From positions 32,001 through 96,000 of the IMG/VR virus record IMGVR_UViG_3300017766_003987: a stretch of DNA of 64,000 nucleotides. The stretch is one strand, 5' to 3'. How positions within the stretch are numbered: position 1 is the first letter of the stretch; each line of letters starts with the position of its first letter. A model generated the notes under the pieces. That model worked only from the letters and a program-made list of their open reading frames with translations, was not told the origin of the DNA and did no database searches. Below are positions 19,256 through 28,564 of this stretch, one piece after another. The stretch comes from a virus. The translations under genes were made by a program, and so were the position numbers.

Positions 19256-20113
19256 ATGAACTATATCAAGCAGTTTCGCACGTTCTACTTTCCCGACCCC
19301 GGCACGATTACCTGGCGAGACTATCTCTGGCGCTCGTTCATAGTCGGCCTCTTTTTCACGAGCATTTCGTGGCTTGCAGTCAAGCTTTTCGGGGTCGATG
19401 CGTCGATGACGCCGCTCGAGATCGCCGCAGTGAGCACGAGTTTCGCTTGCACGTACCTGTGCAACATCCAATCGCGCATGAACTACCCGCTGGGTATGAT
19501 CACTACCGCGCTTTATGCTTGGCTCACGTTTGACGCCGGCCTGCTGGGTTCTGCCGCGCTGAACATCTACCTTGTTCCTGTTCTCGCGTACGGTTGGTTC
19601 CGATGGGGCAAGGACAAATCGACCCGTCCTGTTGCCCATCTCAATGCGTGGTACATTCCGATCTATCTCATCCTCACTGTCATTGTGTGGATCTTTTGCT
19701 CGGTAATTGTCACATCGCTTGGCGGACAACTCGGTCCGTGGGATACTGCTATTCTCGTTCTCAGCGTGCTAGCGCAGCTCCTGCTTGACAACAAGAAGCT
19801 GGAAACCTGGATCATCTGGGTTTTAGTCAATCTGGTTGCCCTTTACGTTTACTCGACGCAAGGCCTTTGGCTGGTTACCGCGCAGTACGTGTTCTTCTTG
19901 ATCAACACCAGCATCGGCTGGATGGAATGGCGACGCATCTATGCGAAGAATAAAGCCAACGAGATCATGCAACGAACCTTGCATGAAGGCACAACGCCCG
20001 AGTATGTGAAGGGCGATCTTTACTACCCTCAGACAACGGGTCGAGGGCTTCGCCGCACTCCCAAGGGTCCCCCGGACATTCGCGAGTGGGACGATAGCGA
20101 TTACAGGGGCTGA
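19256..20113 (+). CDS. pnuC: nicotinamide riboside transporter PnuC
   Basis: Multi-TM; YGWFRW, AQLLLDNKKLETWIIWVLVN, GWMEW; start follows AAGGAACCCC SD. Confidence 0.85.
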   Translation: MNYIKQFRTFYFPDPGTITWRDYLWRSFIVGLFFTSISWLAVKLFGVDASMTPLEIAAVSTSFACTYLCNIQSRMNYPLGMITTALYAWLTFDAGLLGSAALNIYLVPVLAYGWFRWGKDKSTRPVAHLNAWYIPIYLILTVIVWIFCSVIVTSLGGQLGPWDTAILVLSVLAQLLLDNKKLETWIIWVLVNLVALYVYSTQGLWLVTAQYVFFLINTSIGWMEWRRIYAKNKANEIMQRTLHEGTTPEYVKGDLYYPQTTGRGLRRTPKGPPDIREWDDSDYRG

Positions 20114-20114
20114 A

Positions 20115-20798
20115 ATGCGTATCATCGGCGGGCACGATTACTACGACGGCGTGATTCCTTTCGACAGCGATAGGGAACGCGTATTCGTCCGAGACCACAA
20201 GACTATCGAGCTCGTGCCCGTCGATAACAGCAGATTGCAGATCAAATCTACAGCAAGACCTGTGCTGCGTGGGATCGAGAAACTTGAGGTGATCTTCTGC
20301 GGAAAGCGTTATCGCGGAATCAGGATCAAAGAGACGACACGCCAATACCAACCGCTGATTGATGTCTTCGCTTGGACGGCGGAGCGAGCCCTTCAGCATC
20401 TCGAGTTTGATGATCGCCCCGCTTGGCGAACGCCGGATGGCGAGCAGATTTACTCGCAGGACGTAGGCCGATACTTCGCCCCTACCCCTGTGGACGAGAA
20501 AACGTTCGCCCTGCTTCGCCAGCAGAAAATCCTGATTGCTATTGCGCAGCACGAAGGATTCTCAAATAAATCTACTTGGCGCGTTAACTCGGCTGAGTTG
20601 AAGTATTTGCATTTTGGCTCGATCATGCCGGCGTGGGAAGCGTATCAGGAGCTTGAAATGTTCCTCGGTACAATTCTGGTGAACGATGACGACCAAATGG
20701 TTAAGGTCAGCGAGCAATCGAAACTTGTCAAGCACGGGTTTGACAAGTGGAGTTTCAAGAATCCCATCCACAGGAATAAACCGAGAGGTGCAAAGTGA
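20115..20798 (+). CDS. conserved hypothetical phage protein
   Basis: MRIIGGHDYYDG N-terminus, AYQELEMFLG and HGFDKWSF motifs. Confidence 0.65.
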   Translation: MRIIGGHDYYDGVIPFDSDRERVFVRDHKTIELVPVDNSRLQIKSTARPVLRGIEKLEVIFCGKRYRGIRIKETTRQYQPLIDVFAWTAERALQHLEFDDRPAWRTPDGEQIYSQDVGRYFAPTPVDEKTFALLRQQKILIAIAQHEGFSNKSTWRVNSAELKYLHFGSIMPAWEAYQELEMFLGTILVNDDDQMVKVSEQSKLVKHGFDKWSFKNPIHRNKPRGAK

Positions 20799-21049
20799 AA
20801 GTTATCCGTTTCAAGGGTTCGTGGGGAGCAAGTAATCAAGGCTTTCTATCGATTGAGCAAGCGGTTCGGCATATGGTTGCCCCGATACCTTACGGAAGTG
20901 ACGGGCAGCTAGAGAAAGAAATAGAACGCTTGAACAATACGGTTGAACTGATCGGAAGATTAGTCGATGGCCTTGTTTCCAAGGGCCTACTAAGCCACGA
21001 AGAAGTGGCATTGATTCTCGGATTGTCTTACGAGGTAGTTGAAGAATGA
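20795..21049 (+). CDS. hypothetical protein
   Basis: GAGG SD, overlaps with neighbours. Confidence 0.5.
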   Translation: MKVIRFKGSWGASNQGFLSIEQAVRHMVAPIPYGSDGQLEKEIERLNNTVELIGRLVDGLVSKGLLSHEEVALILGLSYEVVEE

Positions 21050-22170
21050 TCAAATTCAAAGATGTTCGCAGCGGGCCTGTAGGGGCTATCCTGATGACAG
21101 CCCTACCACCGAGCATAGGGCACGAGGCGCTTGTTCGCTTCGGCGCGGAATATATGTCGCATCTCGACGGCCATTTGGTCGTTATTATGGGCGTTCTCCC
21201 TAATGAACCTGGCCGGCGTGCGGATCATTTCGAGGCGCTTCGTTCGTGTTTCGGAAGTTACCGAAACGTGCACTTTAGCCTTCAGTTCTCGAACGATCCG
21301 CAAGGCCCGAGCGGCCCGGACGATGACGCGTTCTGGGCGCACTGGGTCAAGGTGATCATGGGCCACATTGGCAAGACCCCGGATTACCTCTTCTCGTCGG
21401 AACAATACGGCTTTCGAATGGCTCAGGCACTCGATTGCCAGCACATCCCGTTTGATCCGGGCCGTTGGATCGCCAACGGCGTAAAGGCGACTGATATCCG
21501 CAACGATATCACAGGTCAGTTCTTTAACATAATCAAGCCGCTTCGAGACGAATTGCGGATGCGCGTGACGATCTTCGGACCTGAGAGCACCGGTAAGACG
21601 ACGCTGACGAAGAACCTCGGTGAGCACTACAATTCGCCAGTTTCTCCGGAGTGGGCCCGGCCCTACCTCGAGATGCTTCCTGATGGTCGCGTGAACCAAG
21701 AACGTGAACGAATGCTGACCATCGTCCGCGGTCAAGCGGCACAGGAAGCTGTGACGGATCGCATGGCAGAAGACAAGGGTTCGCCGTTTGCGTTCTTCGA
21801 CACAGACCTGCTTACTACGATGGGTTTCGAACAGCGTCGGCGTCCGCGGTTTGGACGAAATAAGTTAGTTAGCTGGGAACATGACGAGCGTGCGAAATGG
21901 TGGGACGAGATCGAAGGGCTCTACCGCCCTGCCGACCTTTATCTGGTGACCAGCGACGCGATCCCCTTCGAAGTCGATCCGTTGCGCTACGGCGGTGACA
22001 AACGCGAAACCGATGCTGCTTACTGGATCGGTATTCTCGAAGCCCGTCAATTGCCTTATTATGTGATCCCGACAGGCGACGCACTCGAGACCCTCGGATG
22101 GGCTATTCAGCAGCTCGAAAATGCAATGGAAGCACGCGCCGGTTTCGCCTACTATGAAAGGACCACGTAA
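21046..22170 (+). CDS. nadR: NadR-like NMN adenylyltransferase / ribosylnicotinamide kinase (no HTH)
   Basis: PPSIGH, FSSEQYG, ATDIR, Walker A GPESTGKTT, FFDTD, DPLRYGG; near pnuC. Confidence 0.8.
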   Translation: MIKFKDVRSGPVGAILMTALPPSIGHEALVRFGAEYMSHLDGHLVVIMGVLPNEPGRRADHFEALRSCFGSYRNVHFSLQFSNDPQGPSGPDDDAFWAHWVKVIMGHIGKTPDYLFSSEQYGFRMAQALDCQHIPFDPGRWIANGVKATDIRNDITGQFFNIIKPLRDELRMRVTIFGPESTGKTTLTKNLGEHYNSPVSPEWARPYLEMLPDGRVNQERERMLTIVRGQAAQEAVTDRMAEDKGSPFAFFDTDLLTTMGFEQRRRPRFGRNKLVSWEHDERAKWWDEIEGLYRPADLYLVTSDAIPFEVDPLRYGGDKRETDAAYWIGILEARQLPYYVIPTGDALETLGWAIQQLENAMEARAGFAYYERTT

Positions 22171-22184
22171 GGCGAGGAACACGC

Positions 22185-22430
22185 ATGCCTAAGATCCTTT
22201 TGCGCAATCAAGAGAATCGATACTTCATCACTGAAGTTGAATTCTGGCCCGCCGCGTGGAGTAGGGAAACCCCTCCCGTCGTGCGGGCCAATGTCTTTGG
22301 TAGGGTAGAATCCGTTTATTATCTTCGGACGGATGATTGGCTCGACGGAAAGCGTCTTTATGTTGAGGCGCCTGAACTAGGGGTAGCAATCCCTTACGAG
22401 TTGACAACCAAAGAAAGTCACGCAAAATGA
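22185..22430 (+). CDS. hypothetical protein
   Basis: GAGGA SD. Confidence 0.5.
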   Translation: MPKILLRNQENRYFITEVEFWPAAWSRETPPVVRANVFGRVESVYYLRTDDWLDGKRLYVEAPELGVAIPYELTTKESHAK

Positions 22431-22888
22431 AGCAGATCAACACTCTGTCCCGAGAAGATCTCGCAAGGCTCAAAGACGAAGTCATGTTCGCAGGTCCGAA
22501 TAATTCAATCGACCTGTATCAGTCCGTTGCGACGAAGTCGGCAATATACCCCGGGCATGGAACGCCGTTTGGGCTCGCCTATGTCGCCCTCAAGGGGGCT
22601 GGTGAAGCCGGGGAATTCGCCGAGCACGTCGGCAAGGCAATGCGTGACGATGATCTGGTCACAATCGGAACAGAACGGGGCGACGGTTTGCACGACGTTT
22701 TGTTCCAGGAGATTACTCCCGAGCGCAAAGCTCTATTGATCAAGGAAATTGGCGATCAGCTTTGGTATCTAGCCGCCAAGTGCAACGAGCTTGGGGTTCT
22801 GCTCAGCGACGTAGCAGTCATCAATATCGAAAAGTTACTCGACAGAACCGAACGAAACGCCTTGCAAGGCTCAGGCGATACGCGTTAA
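22427..22888 (+). CDS. MazG-like NTP pyrophosphohydrolase
   Basis: GEAGEFAE, KEIGDQLWY, NIEKLLDR..R..LQGSGDTR. Confidence 0.85.
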   Translation: MKQINTLSREDLARLKDEVMFAGPNNSIDLYQSVATKSAIYPGHGTPFGLAYVALKGAGEAGEFAEHVGKAMRDDDLVTIGTERGDGLHDVLFQEITPERKALLIKEIGDQLWYLAAKCNELGVLLSDVAVINIEKLLDRTERNALQGSGDTR

Positions 22889-23031
22889 TGTAATGTCGTT
22901 CTGAGCAAGGGTCTTTCGTTTCGACTCGGTTGTGTTGTGCTTTGCTTAGCGTTGATGGGTATTTCCGCGATCAACTCCAGTCCCGTCGCCGGATCAATTC
23001 CCCCGAATGTTCGGCGACGGGATAACTTAAA

Positions 23032-23090
23032 GTGTCACTGAAGAGTCCTGATGGGACGAAATCACAAGGGAGAGCTTTGTGATCTGGCAC
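23032..23090 (+). ncRNA. type I hammerhead ribozyme
   Basis: Stem I GTGTCA/TGGCAC, core CTGAAGA (23038-44), stem II GTCC/GGAC, GAAA (23058-61), stem III ATCACAAGG/CTTTGTGAT, AUC cleavage triplet ending at C23084. Confidence 0.88.
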
Positions 23091-23296
23091 GTACAAGAGG
23101 AACGTTTAAGAGCGATATGGGCTTGACCGGCAATAGCTTACCGGTGACAACATAATGACCCAAAAGGATCTTGAGTAGGTATCGCTAGCCTCATTTGGGA
23201 GCTGATGATCCGGCTTAACAGCTCGATTTGACTTCTCAGGCGGGATGGTTGCAAACGCCCGCAAGTCCTCACTCCTATCTTCCACAGGAAGTTATC

Positions 23297-23530
23297 ATGG
23301 CTATCAAGCAAGCGCCTCCGTCTGCACTCATCGGGGTTGAAGCGGTCAACGCTGAAACGGGGCGAGAAGTGACTCCTTTGACTTTGACATTCACGTTACG
23401 ACAGTGGCGTCTGCTTGCGGTTGCGGCAGGCCGCGTTAGCGCGTCAGTTTTCATCGAATCCAAAGATGCGGCTGAAGTCAAGGCAATCGCCAAGCTGATT
23501 GCTGAACAAACCGGCAAAGAACCCGCATGA
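23297..23530 (+). CDS. hypothetical protein
   Basis: AGGA SD before MAIKQAPP. Confidence 0.55.
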   Translation: MAIKQAPPSALIGVEAVNAETGREVTPLTLTFTLRQWRLLAVAAGRVSASVFIESKDAAEVKAIAKLIAEQTGKEPA

Positions 23531-23787
23531 AATTCGATAACTTCCAAGTCGTAAATCCGCAAATTGTTCCCGCGGATCGCAAGCGTGAGCTTGATCGTCG
23601 GTACCTGGCGTTCGTTTATCCCAATCGAGACGCTCGCGGCGGCCTTGAAGATCTTGTTGCAACCAGCGATAGTTACGACGATATCTTAGCTGCCGTTAAC
23701 GAAGCCCGCAAGACAGAATTTCAAGCGATTTGGCACGTGTACGATAGCGCAACCGGCCAGATTGTGCTCAAGGGATCTGATCCATGA
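23527..23787 (+). CDS. hypothetical protein
   Basis: ATGA overlaps. Confidence 0.55.
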   Translation: MKFDNFQVVNPQIVPADRKRELDRRYLAFVYPNRDARGGLEDLVATSDSYDDILAAVNEARKTEFQAIWHVYDSATGQIVLKGSDP

Positions 23788-23935
23788 TCGAACGCGAGAA
23801 AGAATTTCTTCTTGAGCTCGCCGAAAAGATCGAACGTCTCCCTACCATTTTCGGGGAGGATGAGGTAAAGCGGCTGCGCGAGATTGCTGACATGTTCACG
23901 ATCCGCGGTAAGCGACAGCAGGAAAAAGGCCTTCT

Positions 23936-24913
23936 TTGATGCTTGACGCACTTCGTTTCGTTGCATCCGCCGTTGCGAAGAAAGACTACGTCCCAGCTCT
24001 CACACACTACAAGATCACTAACGGTAAGGTGATGGGCTTTAATGGGATCATCGCCCTGTCATCTGAGATTGACGTTGATCTGGAGGTGATGCCGAGCGCA
24101 GCGAAATTCCTCGCCGCAATCAAGGCGTGCCCTGACACCATTGCGCTCAACGTAACCCCATCTGGGAAGCTCGCTGTCAAGTCCGGCAAATTTAAATCGT
24201 TCGTTGATTGCCTTCCCATGGACACAGCGGTCACTTTCCTTGAACCTGAAGGCGAGGAAGTTGACTTGGGACCGAGCTTTCTCAAGGGCATCAAGCTGCT
24301 TGAGCCTGCGATGGGCATCGACGCATCCCGCCAATGGGCAATGGGGATTAAGCTTCGCGGCAAGTCAATGTTCGCGACTAACAACATCATGTTAGTCGAA
24401 TACTATCACGGGACGCACATTCCAATGGACGTGGTGATACCTGACCTGGCCATTAGGGAGTTGGTTCGTATCAACGAAGTTCCTACGCGTGTCCAAGTTT
24501 CTGAAAAGTCGATCTCATTCTGGTTCGGTGAGAAGCGTTGGTTGCGCACGAACCTGCTTGAAGGTGGAAAGTGGCCGACGGACAAACTCACGCAGATTCT
24601 GTCAGCGTCAACCGGTGAGCAGGTGCCTTTCCCTGATGGGTTCGCAGAGAACCTTGAAATTATCAAACCGTTCTTGGGCGATAACGGCACTATCTTTCTT
24701 ACGCCTAAGGCGATGATGACCTCTCAGTACGACGGCGAGGGAACGACGCTCGAGATTGAAATGCCGCAGATCACCGAGATGCAGGCATATCATCATAAAC
24801 AGCTTGTGCTGCTGGCCGAGATGGCAGCGACTATCGATTGGACAGGCTATCCGCGTCCGTGCATGTTTCAAGGGAAGATGCTTCGCGGCGCACTTGTTGG
24901 ACAGAGGGTGTAA
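23936..24913 (+). CDS. DNA polymerase sliding clamp (Pol III beta)-like protein
   Basis: ALRFVASAVAKKD..PAL N-terminus and FATNNIMLVE; about 325 aa; adjacent to the polymerase. Confidence 0.7.
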   Translation: MMLDALRFVASAVAKKDYVPALTHYKITNGKVMGFNGIIALSSEIDVDLEVMPSAAKFLAAIKACPDTIALNVTPSGKLAVKSGKFKSFVDCLPMDTAVTFLEPEGEEVDLGPSFLKGIKLLEPAMGIDASRQWAMGIKLRGKSMFATNNIMLVEYYHGTHIPMDVVIPDLAIRELVRINEVPTRVQVSEKSISFWFGEKRWLRTNLLEGGKWPTDKLTQILSASTGEQVPFPDGFAENLEIIKPFLGDNGTIFLTPKAMMTSQYDGEGTTLEIEMPQITEMQAYHHKQLVLLAEMAATIDWTGYPRPCMFQGKMLRGALVGQRV

Positions 24914-27202
24914 ATGTCACGTTGGGACCTGACAGGTATCTTCTGGGACGACTATGTCGAGCCCCGTGCGCCGGCGATAAAGGAAAAGCGTCTGCCGCCT
25001 GACCCCGTCTGGCTCAAAGACGACTATTTGCCCGGGCTCGCCGAAGCACTTTCGTATCAGTTCAATCATATGTCTGATGCTGAAATTGTGACAGAAGCCA
25101 AAGAGAAGAATCGTCTCGTTTGGGATACGGAAGAATATCCGAACTATTCCTTGATCGGTTTCAAGTCGGTCAAGAGTGGCAAGCATATCGTAATGGAGGC
25201 TAACGACGGGCAGCCATTCAACGAAATTGATCGAGCCAAGCTTCAGTGGATTCTAAGGAACTACTGCGTTGTCGGTTTCAATGACGAAGCATTCGATATC
25301 CCGGTCACAATGTACGCGCTGAACGGGGCAACGACGAACCAGCTTTCAGACGCAGCCCAAGATATCATTGCCGGCGGACCTTTGTTTCAGGGTTTGACGC
25401 CGCGTGACTTCTATGCCAAATACCGGATCAGCGCCTTTCCAGTCGATCATATCGATCTGATCCAACTAACGCCCCTCGGTCCGGGCTTGAAAGTTTGCGC
25501 CGGTCGTATGCACTCGAAATGGATGGCTGATCTACCGTTCATTCCAGGCAAGCTACTCACTGCTGACCAAAAGTTAATCCTTCGCAGGTATTGGGCGAAC
25601 GACTTGGATAACACCGAGTTGCTGTTGGGCAAGCATAAGGTCGCACTCGAGCTGCGTGAACTGCTGACTAAGGATTACGGCGTTGACGTTCGATCCAAGT
25701 CTGATCCGCAAATCGCAGAGGCAGTGCTTCGATCCGAAGTCAAGAAGTTAACAGGCCGCAAGCGCATTGACAAAGCGGTCATTCGCGCCGGCGAGTATTT
25801 CTATTTCGTTCCGCCTGCATATACTGCCTACAAGTCGGAAACAATGAAATGGGTACTTGACTTCATCAAACGGCAGAAGTTCTATATTGATGAAGGCGGT
25901 TCGCCCGTCATGCCAATCGAGCTGGAAGGACTTGATATTGAAATCGCTGGTAACATCTACCGTATGGGTATCGGCGGACTTCACTCACAAGAAAAGTGTT
26001 CAATCCACCACAGTGATGATGACTTCGAGCTTTCGGACAACGACGTTACTTCGTACTATCCGAACCTCATCATCCAGCAGAACATGTACCCGCCTCACGT
26101 GGGACCCGCTTTCCTCACTTCTTTTAGCGGCATCGTAACTCGACGCATAACGGCCAAGCGCGCTGGCGACAAGGGGACCGCGGAAACGCTGAAGATTGTC
26201 GCTAACGGCACGTTCGGTAAGACCGGCGAGCGAGGCGGGCATTCGGTCGTCTATTACCCTGAGATGATGATCCAGACGACGGTGAGCGGGCAACTGTCCC
26301 TACTCATGCTGATCGAGATGCTCGAGCTGGTCAACATTCATGTAGTGAGTGCGAATACCGACGGTATCATGATCAAGTGCCCCAGGCACCTATTGGACGT
26401 CAAAGCGCAGATCATTGCCGATTGGCAGACTGCAACGGGACTCGAGCTCGAAAGCAAAGGATACAAAGCCGTCTACTCGCGTGACGTTAACAACTACATC
26501 GCTTTGCTCGAGAAGCCGGACACGAAAGAAACCGGCCCTTGGCAGTATGCTAAGGCGGTCGGTGCGTATCGCAAAACGATTGACGTGTATCCACTCAAGT
26601 GGAACCCTACGTGCGAAATCTGCAACGAAGCGGTCATTATGTATCTCGCAAAGGGCGTTCCCTTGATCGAGACCATTCGAGCTTGCGACGATGTACGCAA
26701 GCTGATAGAAGTGCGCCGTGTGAGCGGTGGGGCATGCAAGGGCGGCGAGTATTTGGGCAAGGTCATTCGCTGGTATTACGGCGTTGACGTTAAAGACGAG
26801 ATCATCAACGCGAAGAACGGTAATCACATTCCGCGGTCTAAAGGCGCTGTCCCCTGCATGACCTTGCCGGATGACATTCCTGTGGACGTAGATTGGGACT
26901 ACTATGTCACGCGCGCTCAAAAGATGATCGATGACTTCTATCCGAAAGTCAAGGTTGCCAAAGTCAAGGCGAATGCTGCGCCAATCGTCCCGGCCACTCC
27001 CGAGCAGGTCGAATGGCTCAAGCAGCATGATTGGGAACCTCTTTGGGATGACAACAATTGGATCAAAGTCGAATGGCGTGCAAACCCCAGGATCGACATT
27101 GACAAAGCTGGCGTACCTTTCCATGTCGCGTGGGCGAGCGCAACTAACGGCAAAAATGTTCTTGGTAAAGTTGAAGACGAAGAAGAGGCGACCACAGAAT
27201 GA
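24914..27202 (+). CDS. family B DNA polymerase with 3'-5' exonuclease
   Basis: Exo WDTE and GFNDEAFD; pol motifs DVTSYYPN, KIVANGTFGK, SANTDG, RDVNNY. Confidence 0.88.
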   Translation: MSRWDLTGIFWDDYVEPRAPAIKEKRLPPDPVWLKDDYLPGLAEALSYQFNHMSDAEIVTEAKEKNRLVWDTEEYPNYSLIGFKSVKSGKHIVMEANDGQPFNEIDRAKLQWILRNYCVVGFNDEAFDIPVTMYALNGATTNQLSDAAQDIIAGGPLFQGLTPRDFYAKYRISAFPVDHIDLIQLTPLGPGLKVCAGRMHSKWMADLPFIPGKLLTADQKLILRRYWANDLDNTELLLGKHKVALELRELLTKDYGVDVRSKSDPQIAEAVLRSEVKKLTGRKRIDKAVIRAGEYFYFVPPAYTAYKSETMKWVLDFIKRQKFYIDEGGSPVMPIELEGLDIEIAGNIYRMGIGGLHSQEKCSIHHSDDDFELSDNDVTSYYPNLIIQQNMYPPHVGPAFLTSFSGIVTRRITAKRAGDKGTAETLKIVANGTFGKTGERGGHSVVYYPEMMIQTTVSGQLSLLMLIEMLELVNIHVVSANTDGIMIKCPRHLLDVKAQIIADWQTATGLELESKGYKAVYSRDVNNYIALLEKPDTKETGPWQYAKAVGAYRKTIDVYPLKWNPTCEICNEAVIMYLAKGVPLIETIRACDDVRKLIEVRRVSGGACKGGEYLGKVIRWYYGVDVKDEIINAKNGNHIPRSKGAVPCMTLPDDIPVDVDWDYYVTRAQKMIDDFYPKVKVAKVKANAAPIVPATPEQVEWLKQHDWEPLWDDNNWIKVEWRANPRIDIDKAGVPFHVAWASATNGKNVLGKVEDEEEATTE

Positions 27203-27447
27203 GAGCTCTTAGGCTTCCGCCCTCGAAAGAGGAACAGATTGCTACTGCCACAGCACTTATCGCCAATGCAGTTTATCAGCAAAAGAAGGCGCAAGCTGAG
27301 GTCGACCGGCTGGGCAAGCAGGTTGCCGCTCATCCCGATATCCCTGTGTTCAAGGATATCCTTTATGAGAACCAGAAATGGCTAGCATTGGAGACTGGGA
27401 GAATTGAACGCTACACACAATCCCTCAACGCACTTGAGTCCGAATGA
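27199..27447 (+). CDS. hypothetical protein
   Basis: ATGA overlap with the polymerase. Confidence 0.55.
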   Translation: MRALRLPPSKEEQIATATALIANAVYQQKKAQAEVDRLGKQVAAHPDIPVFKDILYENQKWLALETGRIERYTQSLNALESE

Positions 27448-27629
27448 GTTTGTAGCAATCCGTCATCCTCAGACAGGTCTCTACATGCAAGCTAACAAAC
27501 GTTGGTTTAACGTTGCAAAATTTCTACCCTACAGTCGAGCAATACTGTTTGTTCGGGTTGATCTAGGGCTTGATCTCAGCGACGTGGAATTCGTCTCACG
27601 TGACGAGATTAAGAACCTCAAGTATTGAG

Positions 27630-27658
27630 TTGACGCGATAGCACGATGGGCCTAACCT
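27630..27658 (+). promoter_or_regulatory. sigma70-like promoter
   Basis: TTGACG-N17-TAACCT. Confidence 0.6.
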
Positions 27659-27664
27659 GATCGT

Positions 27665-27975
27665 ATTGAGATTGAGTTGCAGCCCTCAGCGCAGCTCGAT
27701 TGATCGGAAGGGAGCCTGTGAATGATCGTTCGCAAACAGACTTGGAATTGTATGTCACCGGGCGCGGAATACGCACCCGTCTGGGTTGAGCAAAGGCTTC
27801 CCGTATAGGCGGTTTTAGATAAACGGCGTAGCATCCGCGGATTGGATGTACGAGGCGTGAGCAATCTCGGCTGAACGAAAATGGAGGAAAAATCGAGTTG
27901 GGCAGTGCGGGGCGCGCGCGGCATTAATGTCCGGTGATGCAAAACGGACGAGTAAGACCGCAGGACTCAGTTTTA
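27665..27975 (+). ncRNA. candidate large structured ncRNA (about 310 nt)
   Basis: Own promoter and terminator, no credible ORF, nested long-range stems. Confidence 0.55.
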
Positions 27976-28013
27976 GGCCCTACCGTACTTGAAAGCGGTA
28001 GGGCCATTTAATT
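27976..28013. terminator. likely bidirectional terminator hairpin
   Basis: GGCCCTACCGT/GCGGTAGGGCC stem with AT-rich flanks between convergent units. Confidence 0.65.
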
Positions 28014-28454
28014 TTATGCAGCTTGCTTAATTGATTGCTCTTCGCCAGATTTCCATTTCAGGAACGCTTCGAGCAGCTCGAGCTTCGGAGTTTCAACTCC
28101 GTATTTTTCAACCAGCTGGCGAACGCGTTTCCAGTCGGGCGGATTGATACAGGTAGCCTCCATTGCCATGTAGGGTGTGCCTTTTAAGAATCCGTATGCC
28201 AGCAACGCTGCCCGGGATTCGCTACGCACGTCGATTTTACGATGGTCGCGGAGGGATAAACGAAGCCTGCGAGCTTCATCATGAGCGACAAGATCACGCG
28301 GAGCAGGACGCTTCCAAACACCGGGCTCGACTTCAACACGTTTGGAGGGTTTTGCCCATTCCTGAGTACGGCGTTGAATAGCTTCTTCGTGTCGAATGTC
28401 ACGAGCTTCTGAAGCGAGAGATTTGATCTTGACGCGGAGGTAGATAGACGACAT
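28014..28454 (-). CDS. hypothetical basic phage protein; the only clear - strand gene in the early region
   Basis: AAGGA SD; LRVKIKSLASEARDIRHEE...HRKIDVRSESRAALLAYGFLKG.PY. Confidence 0.75.
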   Translation of the reverse strand: MSSIYLRVKIKSLASEARDIRHEEAIQRRTQEWAKPSKRVEVEPGVWKRPAPRDLVAHDEARRLRLSLRDHRKIDVRSESRAALLAYGFLKGTPYMAMEATCINPPDWKRVRQLVEKYGVETPKLELLEAFLKWKSGEEQSIKQAA

Positions 28455-28459
28455 TTTGA

Positions 28460-28551
28460 TGATCCTTGAAAGGGAGTAAAAATACTACGACCAGACAAAG
28501 GATCAAAGGCGGACTGCGTATTCGGAATCTAGGTCATCTTTAATGCCTTTC
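28460..28551 (-). promoter_or_regulatory. leader with mini-ORF ATG-ACC-TAG(A), +1-frame IRSPP motif and anti-SD hairpin
   Basis: SD GAAAGG (28551-46), ATG 28537, TAGA 28531-28; TGATCCTT (28505-28498) pairs with AAGGATCA (28467-60). Confidence 0.6.
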
Positions 28552-28564
28552 AAGCATTGGTGTT

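Noticed and set aside
27665-27975. RNase P RNA or tmRNA identity
   Set aside because: GAGGAAA is present but the P4 consensus, tRNA-like ends and tag ORF are missing
27648-27980. GGGCCTAA/TTAGGCCC pairing as an antiterminator
   Set aside because: The 5' half lies within the predicted promoter, upstream of the likely transcription start
28184-28498. 104-aa - strand ORF as an amber-readthrough extension of the ATG-ACC-TAG leader
   Set aside because: It overlaps the better-supported 28014..28454 gene out of frame and has no recognisable motif; the +1 frame explains the leader better, though amber suppression is not excluded
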